Shown: positions 36,753 to 36,794 of the stretch, one piece after another
How positions within the stretch are numbered: position 1 is the first letter of the stretch
How the letters are laid out: each line of letters starts with the position of its first letter
Assembly (NCBI GenBank): GCA_026991575.1
Contig: JALXBF010000170.1
Location: 1 to 36,794 of the forward strand
Length of the DNA stretch: 36,794 bases
DNA from: Planctomycetota bacterium
Lineage (GTDB): Bacteria > Planctomycetota > Planctomycetia > JALXBF01
Reading direction: 5' to 3'
Position numbers and translations under genes: made by a program
The notes under the pieces: generated by a model
What the model was told of the DNA's origin: nothing
What the model saw: only the letters and a program-made list of their open reading frames with translations
The model's database searches: none

Positions 36753-36794
36753 GGTCGACGAACCAGTGCTTGCTGCGGGTTTACCCGTCACGAC

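Noticed and set aside
1..36794. tRNA (including tRNA-Sec), rRNA, CRISPR array, sel genes
   Set aside because: None recognised in this window; Sec machinery must be sought elsewhere in the genome.

Overview
GC-rich bacterial window, most likely from a Planctomycetota genome; this is inferred from gene content and protein style. The left part (1-11.6 kb) holds an IS4-family transposase with an early in-frame TAA, a GNAT-like protein, an acyl carrier protein, a GntP-family permease, envelope glycosylation genes (GT39/ArnT-like, VanZ, GT2, SAM methyltransferase) and a panC-lgt pair whose Lgt carries a PDZ insertion. The middle holds a membrane histidine kinase and an NtrC-type sigma54 activator, followed by a candidate sigma54 promoter with tandem enhancer-like sites. 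Next is an ~18 kb co-oriented respiratory cluster: Rieske protein, b6-type cytochrome b with the heme ci Cys, extended subunit IV, octaheme cytochrome c with a long coiled coil, cupredoxin-like lipoprotein, diheme cytochrome c, A2-type heme-copper oxidase I-IV, CtaA/CtaB, ABC exporter, SCO and DUF420. The cluster ends with the best finding: a small exported membrane protein (32454-32759) whose C-A-M-[UGA]-K motif is followed by a SECIS-like hairpin, i.e. a candidate CxxU selenoprotein in a cytochrome oxidase assembly locus, which the ORF track splits in two. The right end has a PspA-like coiled-coil protein, a helical-repeat/FHA protein and a hypothetical gene. No rRNA, tRNA or CRISPR array was seen.
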